Assembly: GCA_028826165.1 (NCBI GenBank)
Contig: JAPDFW010000075.1
Span: 248,001-312,000, forward strand
Length of the DNA stretch: 64,000 nucleotides
Direction: 5' to 3'
From: Anaeramoeba ignava BMAN
Lineage: Eukaryota > Protista > Anaeramoebae
Each line of letters opens with the position of its first letter. Position 1 is the first letter of the stretch. The position numbers were made by a program, and so were the translations under genes. Below the pieces are notes generated by a model, which was not told the DNA's origin, did no database searches, and saw nothing but the letters and a program-made list of their open reading frames with translations. Positions 12,695-24,397 of the stretch are shown piece after piece.

Positions 12695-13321
12695 TCAATT
12701 TAAATGAGAAGTTTCATTAATAAATTCAATTTCAAAATTCCCATCATTTGATTCATTTATTTTGCAAATACTACAATAATCAAGTTCAGAAATAAAATCT
12801 TCTTCCATAAAAAGTTGCACAATAGAAGAAATACCGTAACCATGAGTAACAAATAAAATATTTTGATTTTGATAATTTTGGATAATTTTATTTGCAGTAT
12901 TTTGATATCTTTGAAACATTTCTTGGATAGTTTCTGGATTAGAAATAGTAATAAAAGATTGATAATTTTGATTTATTTTTTCAAATTGATTTTGATTTTG
13001 GAAAAATTCTAATTCAAGTTTTATATCATTTATTGAAGGAAACCAATTTTTATTAATGAATTCAGATAAACCTTGTTCACAATTAATTTCTAAATTGATT
13101 TGATCAGCAACTGCTTTTGCTGTTTGTAAACATCGAAGAAATGGAGATGAAAAAATTAAAGAAATTGATTCGTTTTTTAATCGTTTTCCTGTTTTAAATG
13201 CTTGTTGTTTTCCGTTTTCTGTAAGTGTTGGATCATATTTATTTTTGGCAGTTTTTTCCCAATTTTCATCTACATCATCAATTCTTTCTCCATGTCTAAT
13301 TATCCAAATTGATCTTTTCAT
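12695..13321 (-). CDS. Histidine phosphatase superfamily (phosphoglycerate-mutase-like) protein, 208 aa
   Basis: RHGERID, LTENGKQQA, SSPFLRCLQTA, EQGLSE, LFVTHG. Confidence 0.9.
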   Translation of the reverse strand: MKRSIWIIRHGERIDDVDENWEKTAKNKYDPTLTENGKQQAFKTGKRLKNESISLIFSSPFLRCLQTAKAVADQINLEINCEQGLSEFINKNWFPSINDIKLELEFFQNQNQFEKINQNYQSFITISNPETIQEMFQRYQNTANKIIQNYQNQNILFVTHGYGISSIVQLFMEEDFISELDYCSICKINESNDGNFEIEFINETSHLN

Positions 13322-13359
13322 TTGAATTAAAATGAAAAAAAAAATGAAAAATGAAAAAA

Positions 13360-15630
13360 AAAAATTAAATTTTTTTATTAAATTTTATTCCAATTTTATT
13401 ATAAAATTTTATTCCAATTTAATTATTAAATCTTATTCCAATTTTATTATAAAATTTTATTCCACTTTTATTATAAAATTTTATTCCAATTTAATTATTA
13501 AATCTTATTCCACTTTTATTATAAAATTTTATTCCACTTTTTTATTAAATTTTATTATTAAATCTTATTCCACTTTAATTATTAAATTTTATTTCAATTT
13601 AATTATTAAATTTTATTTCAATTTAATTATTAAATTTTATTCCAATTTTATTTATTAAATTTTATTCCAATTTTATTATTAAATTTTATTCCAATTTAAT
13701 TATTAAATTTTATTCCAATTTTATTATTAAATTTTATTCCACTTTTATTATTAAATTTTATTCCAATTTAATTATTAAATTTTATTCCAATTTTATTATT
13801 AAATTTTATTCAAATTTTTATTATTAAATTTTATTCAATTTATTTATTAAATTTTATTCCAATTTTATTATTAAATTTTATTCCAATTTTATTATTAAAT
13901 TTTATTAATAAATAAAATTATCTTAATTTATTTTATTCAAATTTTATTCAAATTTTATTTAAATTTTTATTCCAATTTTATTTATTAAATTTTATTCCAA
14001 TTTTATTATTAAATCTTATTCCAATTTTATTCCACTTTTTATTAAATTTTATTATTAAATCTTATTCCAATTTAATTATTAAATCTTATTCCACTTTTAT
14101 TAATTAAATTTTATTCCACTTTAATTATTAAATTTTATTCCACTTTATTATTAAATTTTATTCCAATTTTATTATTAAATTTTATTCCAATTTTATTATT
14201 AAATTTTATTCCAATTTATTATTAAATTTTATTCCAAATTTATTTATTAATTTTATTAAATTTAATTTGAAAAAGAAAAATTAAATTTTATGGAATTTTA
14301 ATTATTAAATTTAATTTCAATTTTATTATTAAATTTTATTCCACTTTTATTATTAAATTTTATTCCAATTTTTTAATTATTAAATTTTAATTCCAATTTT
14401 TTATTATTAATTTTTATTTCCATTTTTTATTAAATTTATTTTTTAATTTTTTATTCCATTTTTTTATTAAATTTAATTTTAATTTTATTATTAAATTTTA
14501 TTCCAATTTAATTATTAAATTTTATTCCACTTTTATTATTAAATTTTATTCCAATTTTTTTATTAAATTAAATTTGAATTTTATTCCAATTTTATTATAA
14601 AATTTTATTCCAATTTAATTATTAAATCTTATTCAATTTTTATTCCACTTTTTTTATTAAATTTTATTCCAAATTTATTTATTAAATTTTATTTATTAAA
14701 TTTTTATTAAATTTTATTCCAATTTTATTATTAAATTTTATTCCACTTTTTATTAAATTTTATTCCAAATTTATTTATTAAATTTTATTTATTAAATTTT
14801 TATTAAATTTTATTCCAATTTTTATTATTTTGAATTTTATTCCACTTTTATTATTAAATTTTATTCCAATTTTATTATAAAATTTTATTCCACTTTTATT
14901 AAATTTTATTCCAATTTAATTATAAAATTTTATTCCACTTTTATTATTAAATTTAATTTGAATTTTATTATTAAATTTAATTTGAATTTTATTTATTAAA
15001 TTTTATTCCAATTTATTTATAAAATTTTATTCCAATTTTATTATAAAATTTTATTCCAATTTTATTATTAAATTTTATTCCAATTTTTATTATTAAATTT
15101 TATTCCACTTTTATTATTAAATTTTATTCAATTTTATTATTAAATTTTATTATTAAATCTTATTAAATTAAATTAAATTTCCAATTTAATTATTAAATTT
15201 TATTATTAAATTTTATTCCACTTTTAATTATTAAATTTTATTCCAATTTTATTTATTAAATTTTATTCCACTTTTATTATTAAATTTTATTATTAAATTT
15301 TATTCCAATTTTATTCCAATTTTATTTATTAAATTTTATTCCAATTTTATTATTGAATTTAATTTGAATTTTATTATTAATTTTATTCCAATTTTATTAT
15401 TAAATTTTATTCCAATTTTATTATTAAAATTTATTCCAATTTATTTATTAAATTTTATTCCAATTTTATTATAAAATTTTATTCCAATTTTATTATTAAA
15501 TTTTATTCCAATTTTATTATAAAATTTTATTCCAATTTTATTAAATTTAATTTGAATTTTATTCCATTTTTATTATTGAATTTAATTTGAATTTTATTAT
15601 TGAATTTAATTTGAATTTTATTATTAAATT
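13360..15630. repeat. ~24-bp minisatellite AAATTTTATTCCAATTTTATTATT, ~2.3 kb, in divergent spacer
   Basis: Direct reading. Confidence 0.9.
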
Positions 15631-15764
15631 TTAAAATGGAAAAGTTTAACGTGTTAAAGTCAATTTTTTTTATTTGAATTTTTTTTATTTGAATATTTTT
15701 TATTTGAATTTTTTTTATTTGAATTTTTTTTTTATTTGATTAAAAATTTTAAAAGAAAAGAAAA

Positions 15765-15772
15765 AACCGTTA
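15765..15772 (+). promoter_or_regulatory. AACCGTTA Myb-type (M3/MSA-like) motif 215 nt upstream of the TOP2 ATG
   Basis: Same octamer 214 nt upstream of the NEK ATG; function inferred. Confidence 0.4.
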
Positions 15773-15979
15773 AATAATAAAAAGATTTTTAATTTGATTT
15801 TTAGACGTTAACATTTTTAAATTATTTTTTAATAATCAATTTCATTTTAAACAATAAAAACCTTAAAAGAAAAGAAAATCAAAAAAAATTCTTTTATTTT
15901 TATTCTTATTTTCTAATTATTTTTTAATCATTTTCTTTTTATTTTTGACTGCGAATTTACAAAAAAAAAAAAAGAAACA

Positions 15980-18900
15980 ATGTCAGATACTTCAGATTCA
16001 GATTTTAAAGAAGAAAAAACAAAACCAAAAACAAAAGCAAAAACAACAAGAACAAGAAAAACAAAAGCAAAAACAACAAAAGCAAAAACAAAAGCAAAAA
16101 CAACAAAACAAAAAAAACCAAAAGAAAAAGTTGAAATTTTATCTTCAGATTCAGAAGATAAAGAAGGAGATTCAGGAGGAATTGATGTAGATGATGATAG
16201 ACCAGTTGAAGAAATTTACACAAAAATGGTAAATAATTTCTAAAAAAAATAAAAAATAAAACGTTCCACTTTTCTTTATTGATTTTTTTATTGATTTTTT
16301 TATTCATTTTTTTATTGATTTTTTTATTAATTTCTTTATTCATTTTCTTTTTTTAGTCACAATTAGAACACATTTTACTCAGACCAGATACATACATTGG
16401 ATCAACAGATTCAATAACAGATACAATGTGGGTTTACGACAAAGACGGAATGGTTTTTCGAGAAGTTTCTTATGTTCCAGGCTTGTACAAAATCTTTGAT
16501 GAAATTCTTGTCAACGCTGCAGACAACAAACAAAGAGATGCCAAAATGAACACAATCAAAGTGACAATCGACCAGCCAAACAACAAAATTGTCATCTTCA
16601 ACAACGGAAAAGGAATTCCAGTTGAAATCCACAAAACGGAAAAAATATACGTTCCAGAACTGATTTTTGGGCATTTACTAACAAGTAGCAACTACGACGA
16701 TTCCAAAAAGAAGGTTACTGGAGGAAGAAATGGATATGGAGCTAAATTGTGCAACATTTTCTCGACTGAATTTATAGTGGAAACTTCGGACCAAAAATCA
16801 GGATATTATTTTTATCAAAAATACGAAAGCAACATGAGCGAAAAAACAGAACCAAAATTAACAAAAGCGAAACGATCCGATTTCACTCAAATCACATTCA
16901 AACCCGATCTTGCCAAGTTTCACATGGACAAACTCGATGACGATACTGTTGCGTTGATGAAGAAAAGAGTCTACGATGTTGCAGGTTGCAATCCAAAAGT
17001 TAAAGTTTATCTGAATGACGAATTGATCAAAATCAAGTCTTTCAAGGATTACTGCAAACTATATTTCAAAAACGTCAATTTTGACGATGTTCCAAGTGTA
17101 TACGAACGCATTTCGGATCGTTGGGAAGTTATGGTACTGCCTAGTGAAGGACAATTCCGACAAGTGAGTTTTGTAAACTCAATCTGGACAATTAAAGGAG
17201 GAACACATGTTTCCACAATTGTGGAACAGATCACAAAAAAACTTTTCGAAAAGGTCACCAAAAACAACAAAAGTGCGCCGATTAAGAAATACCAAATCAA
17301 ACAACACATACAGATCTTCTTGAATTCACTTATTGAAAATCCTGCTTTCGATTCACAAACAAAGGAAACATTGACTTCAAGACCGAAAACTTTTGGATCA
17401 AATCCGGAGTTGAGCGAAAACTTCCTTAATAAAATTGTTAAAAGTGGAATTACAAAAAATGTTCTTGATTGGGTTAATTTCCAAGAGAAAAAAATCCTGC
17501 AAAAATCAACTGTTGGACGCAAACAGAAAAGAATCAAAGGAATTCCAAAACTAGACGATGCAAACGAAGCAGGATCAAAATACGGGTCTGAATGCACACT
17601 AATTCTCACAGAAGGAGATTCTGCAAAGGCGCTCGCAGTTTCAGGATTGGGTGTTGTTGGAAGAGATCGATACGGAGTATTTCCGTTGCGCGGGAAGCTT
17701 CTGAATGTAAGGGAGGCACGCACAAAGCAGGTTGTCAACAACGTTGAGATTAATTCGATTGTCAAGATTCTGGGACTTAAGTATGGAAAGGAGTATACAA
17801 ACATCAAGGAACTGCGATACGGACATCTGATGATCATGGCAGATCAGGATTTCGATGGTTCGCACATCAAGGGGCTTGTGATTAATTTTATTCATCATTT
17901 CTGGCCTTCTTTGGTTAGAGTTCCTGGATTTCTTTGCGAATTTATAACCCCCATTGTCAAGGTTACTCGCAAAAAAGAAACGGTATCTTTCTTCACTATT
18001 CCAGAATTTCATAAATGGAGATCTCAGAACAATAACGGACGCGGATGGACTATCAAATACTACAAGGGTTTGGGTACAAGTACAGCAAAAGAAGCTAAGC
18101 AATACTTTTCCAATTTGGACATCCACAAAATTGATTTCGATTATCAAGGAAAGGAAGACGATAACTCAATCGATCTTGCTTTTTCAAAGAAGAAAGCAAA
18201 GGATCGAAAGGAATGGCTGTCGGATGTTCCTGAGAATCTTTATGTGGATCACACACAATCACAAATGACTTATGATGATTTCATCAACAAAGAATTGATT
18301 CTCTTCTCGGACGCAGACAACAAACGATCCATCCCTTCTGTTGTTGATGGTTTCAAACCTGGTCATAGAAAGATTATTTACGCATGTTTCAAACGAAATC
18401 TTGTGAAGGAGATGAAGGTTGCACAACTCTCAGGATATGTAGCCGAGAAATCTGCATATCATCATGGAGAACAAAGTTTAAGCGGAACAATTATTGGAAT
18501 TGCACAGAACTTTGTTGGTTCAAATAACATCAGCTTGCTTCTCCCTCTCGGTCAATTCGGAACACGTTTACAGGGCGGAAAAGATGCAGCAAGTCCCAGA
18601 TATATCTTCACAATGCTCTCATCAATAACCCGTTGTATATTTCATCCTGAAGATGATAATATTCTTGATTATTTGAACGAAGACAACCAGAAAATTGAGC
18701 CGAGATTTTATTCGCCAATTCTGCCAATGGTGCTTGTCAATGGTGCAGAGGGAATAGGAACAGGATATTCAACTTACATTCCCACTTACAATCCGCGCGA
18801 GATTGCCGAGAATCTTCGACTCATGTTGAAGGGAGAAGATCCCAAAGAAATGACTCCTTGGTACAAGGGATTCACTGGAATCGTTGAGCCTCTTGATCCA

Positions 18901-20694
18901 GAAACAACAACAACAAAGCGCCGACGAACTTCCTCAGATTCTTTGAACACAAGATTTATTACTCGTGGTGTATACAAAAAAATTGATGAGACAACAATCG
19001 AAATTACAGAACTTCCTGTGCATTCCAAATTCTCATGGACTTACAGTTACAAAGAATTTCTCGAAACGCTTCTTCCTGGAGAAAAAAACGAAGCTATCGA
19101 GGATTTCTCAGAACATCACACAGACACCGAGGTTCGTTTCGTTATCACAACAACTCCGGAGCAAATGAAGAAGATTGAGAAGGAAGGCATCGAGAAGTTT
19201 TTCAAACTCACATCCACACTTTCGCTTGATAACATGCATCTCTTTGATCAGCACGGAAGAATCAAAAAGTACAACTCTCCCTCTGATATTCTTCGCGAGT
19301 TTTTCGAGCTCCGTAAGGTCCACTATGTTCAAAGAAAGGAGTTTATGGTTGACCGTTTGCGTAATCAGACTCTCCGTTTATCTAACCAGGCCAGATTCAT
19401 CAAAATGGTTATCGATGGAGAAATTGAGATCCGAAACGTCAAGAAAAAAAAGGTTATTGAATTGCTTGCAAAGCATCATTTCGATAAGTTTAAAAAGGGT
19501 TCGACAAAAAGTCGTTTGAATTCGGATGAAGATTCTGATGAAAACAACAATAACAATAATGACAACGATAACGATAATGATAACGAGAATGCAAATGAAA
19601 AAGATTCTGGTTTTGATTATCTTCTTTCCATGTCTCTCTGGAATCTTACATTTGAAAAATATCAAGATCTTCTTCGCCAAAGAGAAGAAAGCAAAAATCT
19701 CACTTTAACTCTTGAAAAAACACCCATTGAAGATTTATGGGAAACTGATCTTGAAACTTTCCTTAATACTCTTGATAAAGTTGAAGAAGAAGAAAGAATT
19801 GAGTCCGAAACTTCCAAATTCAATAAAAAGAATACCAAACGAAGAACAAGAAGAGCGCCTGCAAAACCAAGAGCAAAACCTGTTAAAAAAGAAACTGAAC
19901 AAGATTCAGAAAAGCCAAAAGTTAGAAAACCAAGAGGAAGACCTAAAGCAGCAAATAAAAGTTCACAAGAAAATGAACCACCAAAAAAATCAACTCGAGG
20001 TCGAAAAAGAAAAGTTGATTTAAATCAAGAAAAAGAAAATATGAAGCAATCCCAAACAGATGAAATTAAAGAACTTGATAATAATTTCAAGAATTTAACA
20101 TCCAAATTAAAATCAAAATCAAAATCTAAATCAAAATCAAAATCAAAATCAAAATCAAAATCAAAATCTAAATCAAAATCTAAATCAAATTCTAATTCTA
20201 ATTCTGATTCTGATAAAAAACCAAAAAGAAAAACTCGTCAAACAAGAAAAAAACAAGAAAATAAAAATCCAAAAAATAAAAAGAAAAATCAAAAAGTTGG
20301 AAAAGAAAATAATGAACCGAATAAATTAACCGAAAAAGATATTCACAGTTTATCTCTTCTAGAAAGACTTGAATTGAAAACTAAACAAGAATTAGATAAT
20401 ACTGATATGGATTTTTTATCTAAAACAACTTTTTCACCAAAAGATACAAAAAAAACAAAATCAAAATCAAAATCAAAAATTAAATCAAAATCAAAATCAA
20501 AATCAAAAATTGATTCTCCAATAAATTCTCCTCCAATTAGAAGAACTAGAAATAATAGAAGAACTTCAACTATACCTGATTTTTTCCCAAAAGTTAAAAA
20601 AGATACAAAAAAGATGAAAGAATCAAGTGAATCAGAAAGTGAATTATCAATTAAATCAAGTGATGATTCTGATTCAAGTTATTCAGATAATTAA
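15980..20694 (+). CDS. TOP2: DNA topoisomerase II (type IIA); exons 15980-16228, 16357-20694; ~1528 aa
   Basis: Spliced YTKM|SQLEHILLRPDTYIG; FDEILVNAADN, GGRNGYGAK, LILTEGDSA, PLRGKLLN, IMADQDFDGSHI, YYKGLGTS, catalytic ASPRYIFT. Confidence 0.98.
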
Positions 20695-20853
20695 GAATTT
20701 CAAATTCTTTTTTCTTTTCTTTTCAAATTCTTTTCAAATTCTTTTCAAATTCTTTTCAATTTCTTTTCAATTTCTTTTGTTAGAATAAAAAAATTTATTT
20801 TCCAAAAATATTATTTTTCATTTTTTTATTCATTTTTCTTTAAAATAAACAAA

Positions 20854-23800
20854 ATGCAAAATTTACCATTTAAATTAAATAAAAAATTTTCTTTTTCTTC
20901 TTTTAAATTTTCTTCTTTAAAAAATCCAAAAAAAATTCAAGAATATCAAAATCGAGTTTGGGATGTTTGTAAACAAATTTATAAAGGAGGTCTTGTTGAA
21001 TTTGGTGAAGGAAATGTTTCTCATCGAGTTTTTAAAGAAGATCTTGAAAAAAATTCAATTGAACAAATTTTTATTACACCAACTCATAATGATTATTCAA
21101 CAATTCAACAAAATGATATTGTTCATGTTGATTTCAATGGAAAATTATTAAGTGATTCAAGAAAACCTTCTTCTGAATTACCTTTACATCTTGGAATTTA
21201 TAAATCAAGACCAAAAGTGAATTGTATTATACATACTCATTCACCATTTGCATCAATGCTTGCAGTTTCTGGTTTATATTTAATGAATAATTAATTGAAT
21301 ATTGGATATTGAATTGAATTAAATATTGAATATTGAATATTGAATTGAATTAAATATTGAATTGAATTGAATATTGAATTGAATTAAATAAATTGAATTA
21401 AATATTGAATTGAATATTAAATTGAATTAAATATTGAATATTGAATTGAATTAAATATTGAATTGAATATTGAATTGAATATTGAATTGAATTGAATTGA
21501 ATTGAATTAAATATTGAATATTGAATTGAATTGAATTGAATATTGAATTGAATTGAATTGAATATTGAATTGAAATTAAAATTTGAATCGAATTAAATAT
21601 TGAATTGAATAATGGAATTGAATTGAATATTGAATTAAAATTGAATTGAATTGTTGAATTGAATTGGAATTGAATATTGAATTGAATGAATTGAAATTGA
21701 ATTGAATTGAATTGAATTGAATTGAAATGGGTGAATGGAATTGAATGAATTGAAAATTGGAATTGGTGAATATTGGTGAATATTTGAATATGGAATATTA
21801 AATATTCAAAATATTGAATTAAATTGAAATTGGGAATATTGAAATGAATTGAATCGAATTGGAAATTGGAATTGAATTAAATATTGGAATGAATATTGAA
21901 TATTGAAGGAATTGAAATGAATGGAATGAATGGAATTGAATTGAATTGAATGGAATGGAATTGAAATAAATATTGAAATGAAATTGGAATTGAATTAAAT
22001 ATTGAATTAAATATTGAATGAATATTGAAATTGGAATTGGAATTGAATTGAGGTAAATATTCGAATTGAAATTGAGTGAATAAATATTGAATTGAATTGA
22101 AATTGAATAATATTGAATTGAATGAATATTGAATATTGAATGAATTGAATTGGTAAATATTGGAATTGAAATCGGTGAATGGGAATTGAAATTGAATTGA
22201 AATTGGAATGGAATTGAATTCGAATTGGAATTGAATTGAATTAAATATTAAATTGAATTGAATATTAAATTTGAATTGAATGTTAAATATTGAATTGGAA
22301 TTGAAATGAATTGAAATTGAATTAAAATTGAATATTGAATATTGAATAAAATATTAAAATTGGAATTGAATGAATTGAATATTGAATGAATATTGAATTG
22401 AATATTGAATATTAAAATTAAATATTGGTGAATTGAATGAATGAATTGAATATTGGAATTGAATTGAATTGAATTGGAATTGGAATAATGAATTGAGGTG
22501 AATATTGAATGAATGGCAAAAAAATTGAAATATTGAATTGAAATCAAATTGAAAATTGAATTGAATATTGAATTGAATTGAATTGAATTGAATTGAATGA
22601 ATGAATTGAAATTGTTGAATTGAATCATTGAAATTGAATGAATAAATATTGGAATCAAATATTGAATCGAAATTGAATTGAATTGAATTGAAGTAGGGAA
22701 TGAATATTGAATTGAAGGAATCGAATATTGAATAAATCGAATGAATTGAAATTGGAATGGGAAAATATTAAATGGAATTGAATTGGAAAAAAATTGAAAT
22801 TGAATTGAAATTAAAATATTGAAATTGAATATTGAATTGAATGAATGAATATTGAATATTGAAAAAAATTGAATATTGAATAAATGGAATTGAAATGAAT
22901 TGAATATTAAATTGAATGAATATTGAAATTAAATTGAAATCAAATATTGAATTGGAAATTGAATTGAATATTGAATCGAATATTGAATTGAATATTGAAT
23001 TGAATTGAATTAAATATTGAATTGAATATTAAAATTAAATGAATTGAATTGGAATTGAATCGAATATTGAAATTGAAATTTGAATTGAATTGAATTGAAT
23101 ATTGAATTGAATTGAATGAATTTGAATTGAATATTGGGTGAATATTGAATCAAATATTGGAATGAATTGAATTGGAATTGAATTGAATATTAAATATTGA
23201 ATTGAATTGAATTAAATATTGAATGAATATTGAATTGAATATTAAATTGAATTAAATTGAATCTGAATCGAATTGAATAGTGAATATTGAGTAAATATCG
23301 AATATGGTCAAATATTGAATCGAAATTGTGAATATTGAAATTGAATTGAATTGAAATGAATATTGAAGTGAATATTGAATTGAATTGAATTGAATATTGA
23401 ATTGAATTGAATTGAATATTGAATTGAATTGAATATTAAATATTGAATTGAATTGAATTGAATATTGAATTGAATTGAATTAAATATTGAATTAAATATT
23501 GAATTGAATATTGAATTGAATTGAATTGAATTGAATTGAATTGAATTGAATTGAATTGAATATTGAATTGAATTAAATATTGAATTAAATATTAAATATT
23601 GAATTGAATTGAATTGAATTGAATATTGAATTGAATATTGAATTGAATTTGAATTGAATATTGAATTGAATTGAATATTGAATTGAATTGAATATTGAAT
23701 TGAATTGAATTGAATATTGAATTGAATTGAATTTTGAATTGAATTGAATATTGAATTGAATTGAATTGAATTGAATTGAATATTATATCTTGATAAAAAA

Positions 23801-24135
23801 TAGGAATGGATCTTCCTTGTATTATTGAAGAAATGGCTCTTTTTCTTGGTTCTGGAGTAAAATGTTCAAAATTCGCATCAGCTGGTTCAACTGAATTACC
23901 AAAAGAAGCATTAAAAGCAATGGGAAATATAAATAGTTGTATACTTAAAAATCATGGAGTTTTAGTTGCTTATAAAGATACAAAATATGCAGTTAAAGCT
24001 GCTTTATTAATTGAGAAAATGTCCAAAATTTATATTGGAGCAAAACAATTAGGAAAAGTTGATATTCTTGATCTTTCTCAATTAAAATCTTTAACTCAAT
24101 TATTTTATGATTCAATTTCAACAACAAATAATTAA
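20854..24135 (+). CDS. Class II aldolase/adducin family (L-fuculose-1-phosphate-aldolase-like); exons 20854-21271, 23804-24135; ~249 aa
   Basis: GNVS, FITP, PSSELPLHLGIY, IIHTHSPFAS, ILKNHGV (Zn-binding His triad plus catalytic Glu); GT-AG intron joins AVSG-MDLP in frame. Confidence 0.88.
21290..23785. repeat. (TTGAA)n satellite filling the 2532-nt aldolase intron
   Basis: Direct reading; clean at both ends, noisier in the middle. Confidence 0.92.
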
Positions 24136-24397
24136 ATTAAATTAAATTAAATTAAACTAAACTAAACTTTTTTCTCACTTTTTTCTTTTTGTTTATTTTC
24201 TTAATTTTTTCAATTTTCTTTTTGTTTACTTTTTAAATTTTTTTAAGATCAAAAAAAAAAACAAAAAAAAAAAAAACAAAAAAATTATTTTTTTTTTAAT
24301 TTCCAAAATCATTTTTTTTTTCAATTATAAAAATTAAATTAAAATCAATTTTAAAAATTGAAATTATAATCTAAATTAAAACCGAAATTAAAAATCA

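Noticed and set aside
17049-19680. Antisense and alternate-frame ORFs within TOP2 (and within Nup107, CH-PH, FRY)
   Set aside because: Shadows of long real CDSs with no recognisable motifs
15980-20694. Possible intein in TOP2 or other conserved genes
   Set aside because: Length and motif spacing are normal; no C..HN-(C/S/T) Hint-type insertion seen
21290-23785. Telomeric or centromeric identity of (TTGAA)n
   Set aside because: Lies inside a spliceable intron, lacks the G-runs of telomeric repeats; no evidence for centromere function from sequence alone
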